From positions 131,426 to 166,074 of the forward strand of contig CAYQCK010000003.1 in NCBI GenBank assembly GCA_964415965.1: 34,649 nucleotides of DNA. The letters run 5' to 3'. The notes under the pieces are model-generated. The model searched no databases and was not told where the DNA came from. It saw only the letters and a list, made by a program, of their open reading frames with translations. Shown in pieces: positions 27,120 to 34,649 of the stretch. The translations under genes were made by a program, and so were the position numbers. Position 1 is the stretch's first letter, and each line of letters opens with the position of its first letter. Source of the DNA: an uncultured Gammaproteobacteria bacterium. Its GTDB lineage: Bacteria; Patescibacteriota; Patescibacteriia; 2-12-FULL-60-25.

Positions 27120-27503
27120 CTATCCCTGTCCGGTCGCGTTGATGAGCGAACCCATCACGAAACTCGAGATGGCGTAAGCCGCGACGATGATTATCAAGCC
27201 GATGATGGCCTGGGTAAGCATGTCTTTGGCCTTCTTGACCTTGCTGTCGTCGCCCTGCGCCGTCATCCAGAGGAAACCGGCGTAAAGCGTCAGGACGAGG
27301 AAGACGATGCCCAGGAAGCCGAGGAAAATATTGATCAGGTTACCGATCATCTCGGTCAGCCCTCCTTCAGTTTTAATCCCGGCCGTCTCACCGACTTTTC
27401 CGACCATCTCCTGCCCTTTCTGGAACGGATTCTCAGCCAGGACCTGCAGCGGCGCCATCAGCGCCAAGCCGGCTCCGGCGATGTATGTCTTTAGGTTCTT
27501 CAT
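27120..27503 (-). CDS. VirB2/TrbC-like (T4SS-pilin-like) small membrane protein, paralog F
   Basis: Signal peptide, short ectodomain, TM1 ending LYAGFLWMTAQGDDSKVKKAKDM, then TM2 LTQAIIGLIIIVAAYAISSFV. Confidence 0.6.
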   Translation of the reverse strand: MKNLKTYIAGAGLALMAPLQVLAENPFQKGQEMVGKVGETAGIKTEGGLTEMIGNLINIFLGFLGIVFLVLTLYAGFLWMTAQGDDSKVKKAKDMLTQAIIGLIIIVAAYAISSFVMGSLINATGQG

Positions 27504-27538
27504 AACGATATTAGCTTCGTGGCTCACGTTTATGCTTA

Positions 27539-27961
27539 TTAGCCTCCTTCTCCGCCTCCGCCGCCGACATCGCCCGTGCCTCCGCTTGTCGCGTTGCCGA
27601 GCGAGCCGATGACGAAATCCGCGATCGCATAGGCCGCGACGATGATGACCAAGCCGATGACGGCCTGGGTTATCATGTCCTTGGCTTTCTTGACCTTGGA
27701 CTCGTCTCCCTGCGCCGTCATCCAGAGGAAACCGGCATAGATCAGGATGGCCAACAGGACCAACCCGAGCAGCCCCAGGGCTTGGCCGATCAAGGAACCG
27801 ACGATCCGCGTCAGATCCGTGGGCCCTTGGTCGTACCCGGACGGTCTGGCCGCAGCGCTCAAGCCTGTCCGCATCGAATCCGCCGGGGCGGCTACGGCTG
27901 GCAAAGCCAAAACCGCGGCCAAACCTACGGCCAAACTCGTGCAAGCGATGAATTTCCTCAT
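27539..27961 (-). CDS. VirB2/TrbC-like small membrane protein, paralog E (Gly-rich tail)
   Basis: IYAGFLWMTAQGDESKVKKAKDMITQAVIGLVIIVAAYAIADFV; start at MRKFIAC (an alternative ATG lies at 27970). Confidence 0.6.
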   Translation of the reverse strand: MRKFIACTSLAVGLAAVLALPAVAAPADSMRTGLSAAARPSGYDQGPTDLTRIVGSLIGQALGLLGLVLLAILIYAGFLWMTAQGDESKVKKAKDMITQAVIGLVIIVAAYAIADFVIGSLGNATSGGTGDVGGGGGEGG

Positions 27962-27996
27962 GTGATGCATAACGATGGTTACAAGCGGACCGCGGG

Positions 27997-28395
27997 CTAG
28001 GCGTCCTGCGTCGCGGTGATCAAACGTGAAATGACGAAGCTGGTGATCGCCCATGCCGACAAGATGATGGCCAAACCGATAATGCCTGAAACGATAAGTT
28101 TCTTGGCTTCTCCGGTCTTTTCATCGTTCCCTCCGGCGATCATCCATTTGAAACCGCCGAGCAGCACGATGACCACGGCGACGATGCCGAGGAAACCGAG
28201 CGCGACGTTGATGATGCGGGCTGCGGTCTGGCGGACATCGCCTGAACCGAGCTTGATCGTCGACTGGATGGCCCCTACGCCCAGATCGTTCTGGTTGAGG
28301 TCATCGGCGGCGAACACCACGGCCGGGGCGGCCAAAACGGCGGCCAGACCGAGGGTCGTGGCGAAGGCTGCAGCTTTCTTAAGACGTTGCGTCAT
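27997..28395 (-). CDS. VirB2/TrbC-like small membrane protein, paralog D
   Basis: Signal peptide, then LLGGFKWMIAGGNDEKTGEAKKLIVSGIIGLAIILSAWAITSFV. Confidence 0.55.
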   Translation of the reverse strand: MTQRLKKAAAFATTLGLAAVLAAPAVVFAADDLNQNDLGVGAIQSTIKLGSGDVRQTAARIINVALGFLGIVAVVIVLLGGFKWMIAGGNDEKTGEAKKLIVSGIIGLAIILSAWAITSFVISRLITATQDA

Positions 28396-28492
28396 GTCAT
28401 GTGTCACCTCCTTTCGGTTTGGGATACACGCTTTACGTGTCGGTGGGAAGTTTAGCAGATGCGCCGTCCGGAGTCGAATCCCCAAGCGGCCT

Positions 28493-28954
28493 TCAGGGCA
28501 CGGCTTGGCCGGTCGTTTCCGGGTTTCCGGCCTGGCTCGTCGGGGCGTTGTTCGGGGGCGTCGCGCCGGACAGCGTGCTCCCGAGTCTCGTGATGATGTT
28601 GAACACCAAGACGTAAGCCAACGACACGATCGCCAGGCCGATGACCGCGTTCTTGAGCGTCGTGGTCGCCTTCTTCACCCGGTCGCTTTCGCCTGACGCC
28701 GTCATGTACATGACTCCGCCCCAGATGAACATGGCCAAAAACAGCGAGCCGACCAAGGGCAGTACCCAACTGATGATGCGGGCCACGAGTTCGGGCACGC
28801 TCTTGCCGCCCATCGGGTCCTGCAGGCCGTAACTCTGGAAACCGGCCGGCGCCGGGCTCGGTTGCGACGCCGCCGAGACGGGCAGGGTGATGGCCAGGAC
28901 GACCAGGCAAGCGACAACGGCCGAAACGGTCAAAAGGGTTTGTTTGTTTTTCAT
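28493..28954 (-). CDS. VirB2/TrbC-like small membrane protein, paralog C
   Basis: FIWGGVMYMTASGESDRVKKATTTLKNAVIGLAIVSLAYVLVF, with a Pro/Thr-rich C-terminal tail. Confidence 0.55.
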   Translation of the reverse strand: MKNKQTLLTVSAVVACLVVLAITLPVSAASQPSPAPAGFQSYGLQDPMGGKSVPELVARIISWVLPLVGSLFLAMFIWGGVMYMTASGESDRVKKATTTLKNAVIGLAIVSLAYVLVFNIITRLGSTLSGATPPNNAPTSQAGNPETTGQAVP

Positions 28955-28961
28955 AGCGGTG

Positions 28962-29657
28962 TCACGAGCCTTGCGGCACGGCGTAGCCCGTCGTCTCCGG
29001 CGGTGGCTTCGGGACATCTGAAGTCAAAGCCTTGAAGAAGAAGTCCACCAGGACATAGGCGAACATGATGAGCGCCAAACCGATGATGGCGTACTTCATC
29101 GTGTCCGTCGCCTGCTTCACCCGGTCGCTCGAACCGGCCGTCATGTACATGATGCCGGCGTAGATGAACACGATCAGGGCCAAGGCCCCGACCATGCCGA
29201 TGAACGCGGCCACGAACCGGCCGATAAGGGCGTTCAACGTCACGCAATCGGCCTTGCCCGTCGGACACAGCGGATTCGCCAACGTCATCGGCGAACCGGC
29301 CGATACGCCCGCCGAGGCCTGCGTGGCCGAAGCGGCGCGCGCCAGACAGGTCGGATCATTCGGGTTCTTCTTGCACAGGTCTTCGATAAGGGGCTCGAGG
29401 GCGGGACCAACCGCTTTCTGCGCCTGTTTGTTCTTGCAGCATGCCGCATTTACGGTCTTGACGCACGTTCCGAGCTTATCCTGGTTCATCTCGCAATCGT
29501 CGCTCACCAGGTTGCAGCTCCCGCCCTGCTTCGTGCAATCCTGGGGAGTCATGGCCGCGGCCGACTCCGCTTGGACAAAAAACAGGCTAAACGCGACCAT
29601 AAGACCGGTAATGGCCGGCAGGATTTTCTTGTATGTTTGCTTGGCCATATGGTTCAT
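28962..29657 (-). CDS. VirB2/TrbC-like membrane protein, paralog B, with ~150 aa Cys-rich ectodomain
   Basis: 12 Cys in the ectodomain, then IYAGIMYMTAGSSDRVKQATDTMKYAIIGLALIMFAYVLVDFF. ATGA overlap with paralog A. Confidence 0.55.
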   Translation of the reverse strand: MNHMAKQTYKKILPAITGLMVAFSLFFVQAESAAAMTPQDCTKQGGSCNLVSDDCEMNQDKLGTCVKTVNAACCKNKQAQKAVGPALEPLIEDLCKKNPNDPTCLARAASATQASAGVSAGSPMTLANPLCPTGKADCVTLNALIGRFVAAFIGMVGALALIVFIYAGIMYMTAGSSDRVKQATDTMKYAIIGLALIMFAYVLVDFFFKALTSDVPKPPPETTGYAVPQGS

Positions 29658-30043
29658 TGGCTAATCACTATCCCGGCCACGTAGCGGACGATGGTCCAGG
29701 CGCTCATCACGATGAGCATGCCGATGGCCCCGCCTTTCATGGCCTGCGTCCCCTTCTGCACCCAGTCGGCCTTGCCGAACGACAGCAGATACCGGGCTCC
29801 GCCGTAGACGAAGGTAGCGAAGAACAGGGCGGCCGAAATCTCCATCAGCATGTTGCCGAACGCCGCCGCCGTCCTGACGATGTCATCCAGGCTGCAGTCC
29901 CCGGAGGCCATGCATTTTTTCTGCACACCTGTCTTATCCATTTCGGCCGTCAGCGACTGCGCCCAAGCCGCGGTCGGCAAGAGCCACGCGCCGAGCGTGG
30001 CGGCCAATGCGGCCAAAGGACGTTTTAGGTTCGGCATAAACAT
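29654..30043 (-). CDS. VirB2/TrbC-like small membrane protein, paralog A
   Basis: Signal peptide, then FVYGGARYLLSFGKADWVQKGTQAMKGGAIGMLIVMSAWTIV. Its ATG overlaps the stop of the upstream SBP gene (TGATG). Confidence 0.5.
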   Translation of the reverse strand: MFMPNLKRPLAALAATLGAWLLPTAAWAQSLTAEMDKTGVQKKCMASGDCSLDDIVRTAAAFGNMLMEISAALFFATFVYGGARYLLSFGKADWVQKGTQAMKGGAIGMLIVMSAWTIVRYVAGIVISQ

Positions 30044-31494
30044 CAGAAATTGTAGGGTATGGTCTGCGAAATCTTGCTGGCCGCGTTGCTGAAGACCTGC
30101 GAGAGTTTCTCCGGATCCGTGACCCGGACGTCATCGATCAGGGTGACGAGCGCGTCCTCCATGGTCTTCGGGTCGTTCCCTTTATACCAGGAGCGCGCCG
30201 TCAGGACCTGCGACGAGAACACCCCGATCTGCTCGTTCTCGAGCTGGCCGGGCAATTGGGACTTCAGGGCCGCCGGCCGCAGCGCCACATCCAGGTATTT
30301 CTTGTTCTCATCCGGCTTGCGCATGAAATTCAGCAGGTTCCATGACAGGTCCACGGATTTGGTCTTCTTGGACACGGTCCAGGCCCAATAGTTGGCGTAG
30401 TTCACGACCGGATTGCCCGTTATCTGCGGCATCTTGGCCATGGCCAGGTTCAGCTTGGGCGCGCGGGCGCGGATGACCGGCAGATGGTAGCTGTAGCCGA
30501 AAAAGAACGCGACCTTGCCCTGGATGAAGGCGTCGAGCGAATTCGGCTGCTGGTCGTTCCAGGTATAGACGTCTTTCCCGGGATTGGCGAAGTCGGTGTA
30601 GAAAGTCAGGGCTTGGTACGCCGGAGGCGTGTCGCGTTGGCCGGACAGGGCGGCCGGTATCTGGTTGAAGGTCGGCGAACCGTCGGCGGCGGCCATCTCG
30701 GCGCCGTTCTGCATCATGAGCGCCGCCACGATGTCCGGCGAGCGTTCGACGTTCTTGCCCGTGCCCAACGCGGCCCCAGCCTGCAGGATGGCTCCGGTAT
30801 CGTCGGTTTTGACCAGCTTCTTGACCGCGGTCTGGAAATCGTCCCAGTTCTCCGGGATGTTCGCGATGCCCGCCGCGTTCAGCAAGTCCTTGTTGACGTA
30901 CATGGCCAGCGTATCCACCGACATCGGCACAGCCACCACGCGCTGCTGCCAATCCTTCTTTTCCTTGTCGGTCGACACATTGACGGTCCGGATGAAGTCG
31001 TTCGCCACCACATCCGGGTAATCGCTCTTGAATTGGCGGATGGAGACCGTCGGTTCGGTCTGGAGCGTCCAGACCAGCTCTTTCTTGAGCGTGCCCTGGA
31101 CGGACTGCGACGCCGTTTTGGTCTGGAGCGGCATGGGCAGGAGCTTGCTCATGTATTTGCCGACCCAGGTGTTGTGGATCATGAAGATGTCCGGTCCGCG
31201 GTCCTCGGCCAGCGCGTTCAGGAGCTCGTTCTCGTATTCCTCCAGGCGGAAACGCCGGTAGTTCAACGTCGCGTTGGGGTGGAGCTTGCGGTAATCGCTC
31301 AATATCGCCTGATACGCGTCGTTGTCGTCGATCACGCCCCAGATGTTGATCTCCGCCTTCTTGGAAGCGGCCTGGGTCGCGGCATCCGGCCCCTTGGTGC
31401 AGCCGGCGGCCAAAGTCGCGGTCGCCACCAAAGCCCACATGAGCTTCAGGGCTAATGAACGGGTTTTCTTGGAGTTTTGCATACCTGACGCCAT
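30043..31494 (-). CDS. lipoprotein extracellular solute-binding protein (family-1 SBP, sugar type)
   Basis: Lipobox LAAGC and MalE-like SBP features (NIWGVIDD..., ...FFGYSYH...). Co-transcribed between galU and the pilin-like genes. Confidence 0.65.
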   Translation of the reverse strand: MASGMQNSKKTRSLALKLMWALVATATLAAGCTKGPDAATQAASKKAEINIWGVIDDNDAYQAILSDYRKLHPNATLNYRRFRLEEYENELLNALAEDRGPDIFMIHNTWVGKYMSKLLPMPLQTKTASQSVQGTLKKELVWTLQTEPTVSIRQFKSDYPDVVANDFIRTVNVSTDKEKKDWQQRVVAVPMSVDTLAMYVNKDLLNAAGIANIPENWDDFQTAVKKLVKTDDTGAILQAGAALGTGKNVERSPDIVAALMMQNGAEMAAADGSPTFNQIPAALSGQRDTPPAYQALTFYTDFANPGKDVYTWNDQQPNSLDAFIQGKVAFFFGYSYHLPVIRARAPKLNLAMAKMPQITGNPVVNYANYWAWTVSKKTKSVDLSWNLLNFMRKPDENKKYLDVALRPAALKSQLPGQLENEQIGVFSSQVLTARSWYKGNDPKTMEDALVTLIDDVRVTDPEKLSQVFSNAASKISQTIPYNF

Positions 31495-31495
31495 T

Positions 31496-32368
31496 TTACA
31501 CTTTCGACAGCTTTTTAACGAGTGCCCGCGCTTCTTGGCGCATATCCGGTCTGTTCAGGGCGATTTCCAGGTTGGCCTTCAACCAGCCGATCTTGGAGCC
31601 GGTGTCGTAATACGTCCCTTCGACAAGCTTGGCGTACACCGGACGCTTCTTCATGAGCCCAAAGATGGCGTCCAGCAGGACCAGCTCCCCGCCATGCCCC
31701 TTCTTGGTCTTTTCGATGGCCTCGAAGATGTCCGGCGTCAGGACATAGGCCCCGAGCGAGGCCAAGCGCGACGGCGCCTTGTCCGGTCCCGGTTTCTCGA
31801 CCACTCCTTTGAGCTGGTACACGCCTTTTTCGACCTCGGCCGCCGGGTCGATGATGCCGTAACGCTTCGTGTCCTCATCCCCCACCTTGGTGGTGAACAG
31901 CACCGGATCCCGGTATTTCTCGAACACCTCGATCATCTGCTTGAGCCGTGGCTTCTTGCTGACCATGAAATCGTCGCCGAACAGCACGGCGAACGGTTCG
32001 TCGCCGATGACTTCCCTGGCGTTCAGCACCGGGGTGGCGTTGCCGTACGGCCCTTTCTGGCGGATATAGATGAAATTCGCCATGTGCCCGATGGCCCGGA
32101 TCTCCTCGAGCTGCTCCTTTTTGCCCGTGGCCTTAAGCCAGGCCTCAAGCGTCTGGTTGTCGTCGAAATGGTCCTCGACCGCCCGTTTGCTGATATTCGT
32201 GACCAAGATGATGTCCGTGATGCCCGAGGCGACCGCCTCCTCGACCACGTATTGGATGACCGGCTTGTCGATGACCGGCAGCATCTCTTTGGGCATGGCT
32301 TTGGTCGCCGGCAAGAACCGCGTCCCGAATCCCGCCACCGGGATGACCGCTTTGCGTACTTTTTGCAT
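31496..32368 (-). CDS. galU: UTP--glucose-1-phosphate uridylyltransferase
   Basis: KAVIPVAGFGTRFLPATKAMPKEMLPVIDKPVIQYVVEEA is the canonical GalU N-terminus; 290 aa. Confidence 0.9.
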   Translation of the reverse strand: MQKVRKAVIPVAGFGTRFLPATKAMPKEMLPVIDKPVIQYVVEEAVASGITDIILVTNISKRAVEDHFDDNQTLEAWLKATGKKEQLEEIRAIGHMANFIYIRQKGPYGNATPVLNAREVIGDEPFAVLFGDDFMVSKKPRLKQMIEVFEKYRDPVLFTTKVGDEDTKRYGIIDPAAEVEKGVYQLKGVVEKPGPDKAPSRLASLGAYVLTPDIFEAIEKTKKGHGGELVLLDAIFGLMKKRPVYAKLVEGTYYDTGSKIGWLKANLEIALNRPDMRQEARALVKKLSKV

Positions 32369-32428
32369 ATACCTGGATTATACCCGTCCCGAAGGCAGAT
32401 AAAAAAGACCGCCGATTTTTGCCGGCGG

Positions 32429-32643
32429 ATGGATTCCGGGGGATTTTGCCCGGCCCCAAACCGGGGCTGGAATGACGGGTTGGGTTATCGGACAAAAAAG
32501 CCCCACTTCGCAAGTGACAAGGGGGGGGTCCGGGGGGCCGCGTGGCGTGGCGCACAGAATCTCTAACGTCAGCGACACCGAGAGCGCATAGCGGACCCCC
32601 GGAGCTTTTGCTACTTTTGGCTACAAAAGTAGATAGAAGGTTT
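32429..32643 (+). repeat. copy G of the conserved structured element (most divergent copy)
   Basis: ATGGATTCCGGGGG...CCGGGGCTGGAATGAC...CACTTCGCAAGTGAC...GACACCGAGAGCGCATAGCGGACCCCC...CTACTTTTGGCTACAAAAGTAGATAGAAGGTTT. Confidence 0.8.
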
Positions 32644-32663
32644 AAAATATTTAGGACGCGGCC

Positions 32664-32690
32664 GTGGATTCCAGCTTCCGCTGGAATGAC
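32664..32690 (+). repeat. isolated 5' module (H) of the element family
   Basis: GTGGATTCCAGC-ttcc-GCTGGAATGAC with no core following. Confidence 0.6.
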
Positions 32691-32744
32691 GGTCGTCCTG
32701 GGTTTCTCCACGCGCTTCGCTCGGTCGAAATGACGGCGCGGTGT

Positions 32745-33839
32745 TTACGCCCCAACCCTGAAAAAGCACGTATCCCCGTCTTTCATCACGTAATCTTTCC
32801 CCTCGATGCGCGTCAGCCCTTTCTCGCGGCACCCGACCTCTCCCCCATTGTCCAAAAGATCCTTCCAATTCGTGATTTCCGCGCGGATGAACGTCTTTTC
32901 GAAATCCGTGTGGATGACGCCCGCCGCCTGCGGCGCTTTGGCGCCTTTTTTGACGGTCCAGGCGCGAGTCTCCATCTCGCCCGTGGTGATGAAGGTGATG
33001 AGCCCGAGCACGTCGTAGGCCTCCTTGATAAGCCGGTCCAAACCGGATTCGGCCAAACCCATGGACTCGAGGTATTCCTTCTTCTCGTCCGGCGACATCG
33101 AGGCGAGCTCAGCCTCCATCTTCACGCACACCGGCACGATGCGGCAGGTGGCGGAAACGGCCAGCTTACCCAACCGCTCCTTCCACGAACCGTCCTGGAT
33201 CTGTGCCTCGCTGACGTTGACCGTGTAAAGCATAGGCTTGAGCGTTAGCAATTGGAGCTGCTTCAGCTCTTTGAGTTCATCCTCTGTCCATTGCAGATCC
33301 CTAAGCTGGACGCCCTTTTCGAGTTCGGATTTTGACCGTTCGAGCGCCGCTTGGAGCGTTTCGAGTTCTTTGGTCCGCCCGGCCTTGAGCTGTCGCGAGA
33401 CGCTCTCGAGCCGTTTATTCACGGTTTCGAGGTCGGCCAACGCCAGCTCGATGCCGATGGTCTCGGCGTCGCGTTCCGGGTTGATGGTGCCGTCCACGTG
33501 GATGACGTTCTCGTCCTCGAAGGCCCGCAGCACCTGGGCGATGGCGTCGCACTCGCGGATGTTGGCCAGGAACTTGTTGCCCAGGCCCTGCCCTTCGGAT
33601 GCGCCTTTGACCAGGCCGGCGATATCCACGAACTCGATGGTCGTAGGCACGATACGGCCCGACTTCGACATCTCGGCCAGGGGCGCCAGCCGCTCGTCCG
33701 GGACCTCCACGACACCCACGTTCGGGTCGATGGTGCAGAACGGGAAATTGGCGCAATCCACCGCCTTCTTGGTGATGGCCGAAAACAGGGTGGATTTACC
33801 CACGTTAGGGAGCCCGACGATGCCGATTTGGAGAGGCAT
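32745..33839 (-). CDS. ychF: redox-regulated ribosome-binding ATPase YchF (Obg-family GTPase)
   Basis: [16 protein letters not shown]1 motif, TGS-like C-terminus. Start trimmed to MPLQ. Confidence 0.9.
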   Translation of the reverse strand: MPLQIGIVGLPNVGKSTLFSAITKKAVDCANFPFCTIDPNVGVVEVPDERLAPLAEMSKSGRIVPTTIEFVDIAGLVKGASEGQGLGNKFLANIRECDAIAQVLRAFEDENVIHVDGTINPERDAETIGIELALADLETVNKRLESVSRQLKAGRTKELETLQAALERSKSELEKGVQLRDLQWTEDELKELKQLQLLTLKPMLYTVNVSEAQIQDGSWKERLGKLAVSATCRIVPVCVKMEAELASMSPDEKKEYLESMGLAESGLDRLIKEAYDVLGLITFITTGEMETRAWTVKKGAKAPQAAGVIHTDFEKTFIRAEITNWKDLLDNGGEVGCREKGLTRIEGKDYVMKDGDTCFFRVGA

Positions 33840-33937
33840 AAAGTAAAGAGAGACTACCTGCAAACCCGAAGAGCGTCAACGGCCGCAAACAAGAAAACCG
33901 GCCGCGACAGGATATCGCAAGCCGGCTTTTCCGAGGT

Positions 33938-34435
33938 TCAACGCGGCAGCGTGGCCGCGCCGTTGAAGTAGTAAGGACCGGGCGTCGACTGCGGTCCGAC
34001 ACCGTTCGACCTAAGGTCGTATGGAATCGACATGCCGCCGATCGTCATGTCCAGGGTGCCGACCTGGTGGCCGTTGCCGCCGCACGGTCGGACAGGCGAC
34101 AGGTCAAACGTCCAGCAATAGCCTCCGCCGGCATCCGCTCTGGCATACCTGACCGCGAAGACCGCCTGGCTACCGGCCGGAATCCCGAACTCACAGGCGT
34201 AGCCGCCGTCCACCGTCTTCATGGCGCACAATGTCTGCCATGGGTGGACGTTCCCGTTCGGATCCGAGAAGTAACCCTCGAGATTGACCGGGCCGGTCGG
34301 GATGTGGCTCGGATCAGGCGTCCAGAGCACCGACAGGACGGATTGCCTGGGAGGCTGCGGCGCTAGCCGCTTTCCGCAGCATCCGCCAAGGGCCAACGCG
34401 AGGCTGCAGGCTACCGCAAACACCATCTTGTTCAT
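33938..34435 (-). CDS. secreted lipoprotein (165 aa)
   Basis: Lipobox LALGGC, AGGAGGAG RBS, TTGACAAAAAGG-N-TATAAA promoter just upstream. Confidence 0.55.
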   Translation of the reverse strand: MNKMVFAVACSLALALGGCCGKRLAPQPPRQSVLSVLWTPDPSHIPTGPVNLEGYFSDPNGNVHPWQTLCAMKTVDGGYACEFGIPAGSQAVFAVRYARADAGGGYCWTFDLSPVRPCGGNGHQVGTLDMTIGGMSIPYDLRSNGVGPQSTPGPYYFNGAATLPR

Positions 34436-34464
34436 TCAGCTCCTCCTGTTGAAGGGACCGTCAT

Positions 34465-34493
34465 TTATATCAAATTTTTGCCTTTTTGTCAAG
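34465..34493 (-). promoter_or_regulatory. sigma70-like promoter (TTGACA-17-TATAAA)
   Basis: - strand reads TCCTTGACAAAAAGGCAAAAATTTGATATAAATG. Confidence 0.55.
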
Positions 34494-34539
34494 GATTGAC
34501 GGGTCTTTCTTTCTATGGCAATCTACTGCCACAAACCGA

Positions 34540-34649
34540 GGGCCTTTAGCTCAGCTGGCTAGAGCGTCCCGATAGGCATCGGGAAGGTCATGGGTTCAAG
34601 TTCACAACAGCTGCTATATTTCGGGCCTTTAGCTCAGCTGGCTAGAGCG
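34540..34649 (+). other. tandem tRNA-like units (83-nt period; second copy truncated by the window end), non-canonical or pseudo-tRNA
   Basis: GGGCCUUUAGCUCAGCUGGCUAGAGCG (canonical acceptor and D-arm) and GGGUUCAAGU (T-loop-like). No matching 3' acceptor strand, and the anticodon arm has an 8-nt loop. Confidence 0.35.

Overview
High-GC (~60%) bacterial chromosomal window with compact gene spacing, weak Shine-Dalgarno sites and hairpin-plus-T-run terminators. The first ~18 kb carries housekeeping and envelope genes, mostly on the + strand: PolX C-terminus, DMT/EamA transporter, a short beta-carbonic-anhydrase-like gene, tRNA-Leu(UAA), NRAMP Mn/Fe transporter, TrpF-like TIM barrel, RuvB, bPH_2 membrane protein, APH-like kinase, secreted SpoIID/LytB protein, Wzx-type flippase, O-antigen-ligase-family protein, thioredoxin-fold lipoprotein, HD hydrolase, DUF4180 protein and tRNA-Ser(CGA). 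From ~18.3 kb to the window end the character changes to accessory-like. Almost all genes there are on the - strand: several small secreted lipoproteins driven by near-identical TTGACAAAAA-N13-TATAxx promoters, a VirB6/TrbL-like polytopic membrane protein with an FN3-like tail, and a long operon galU -> lipoprotein solute-binding protein -> six tandem diverged VirB2/TrbC-like (T4SS-pilin-like) paralogs -> GT-C-like membrane protein, then YchF. Interspersed in this region are seven copies of a conserved ~145-240 nt element plus one isolated 5' module, all in the same (+) orientation, with compensatory base changes, G-U-only-on-plus substitutions and frame-breaking indels. This looks like an unclassified multi-copy structured RNA family and is the most interesting signal in the window. 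A tRNA-like tandem fragment lies at the 3' end of the window.
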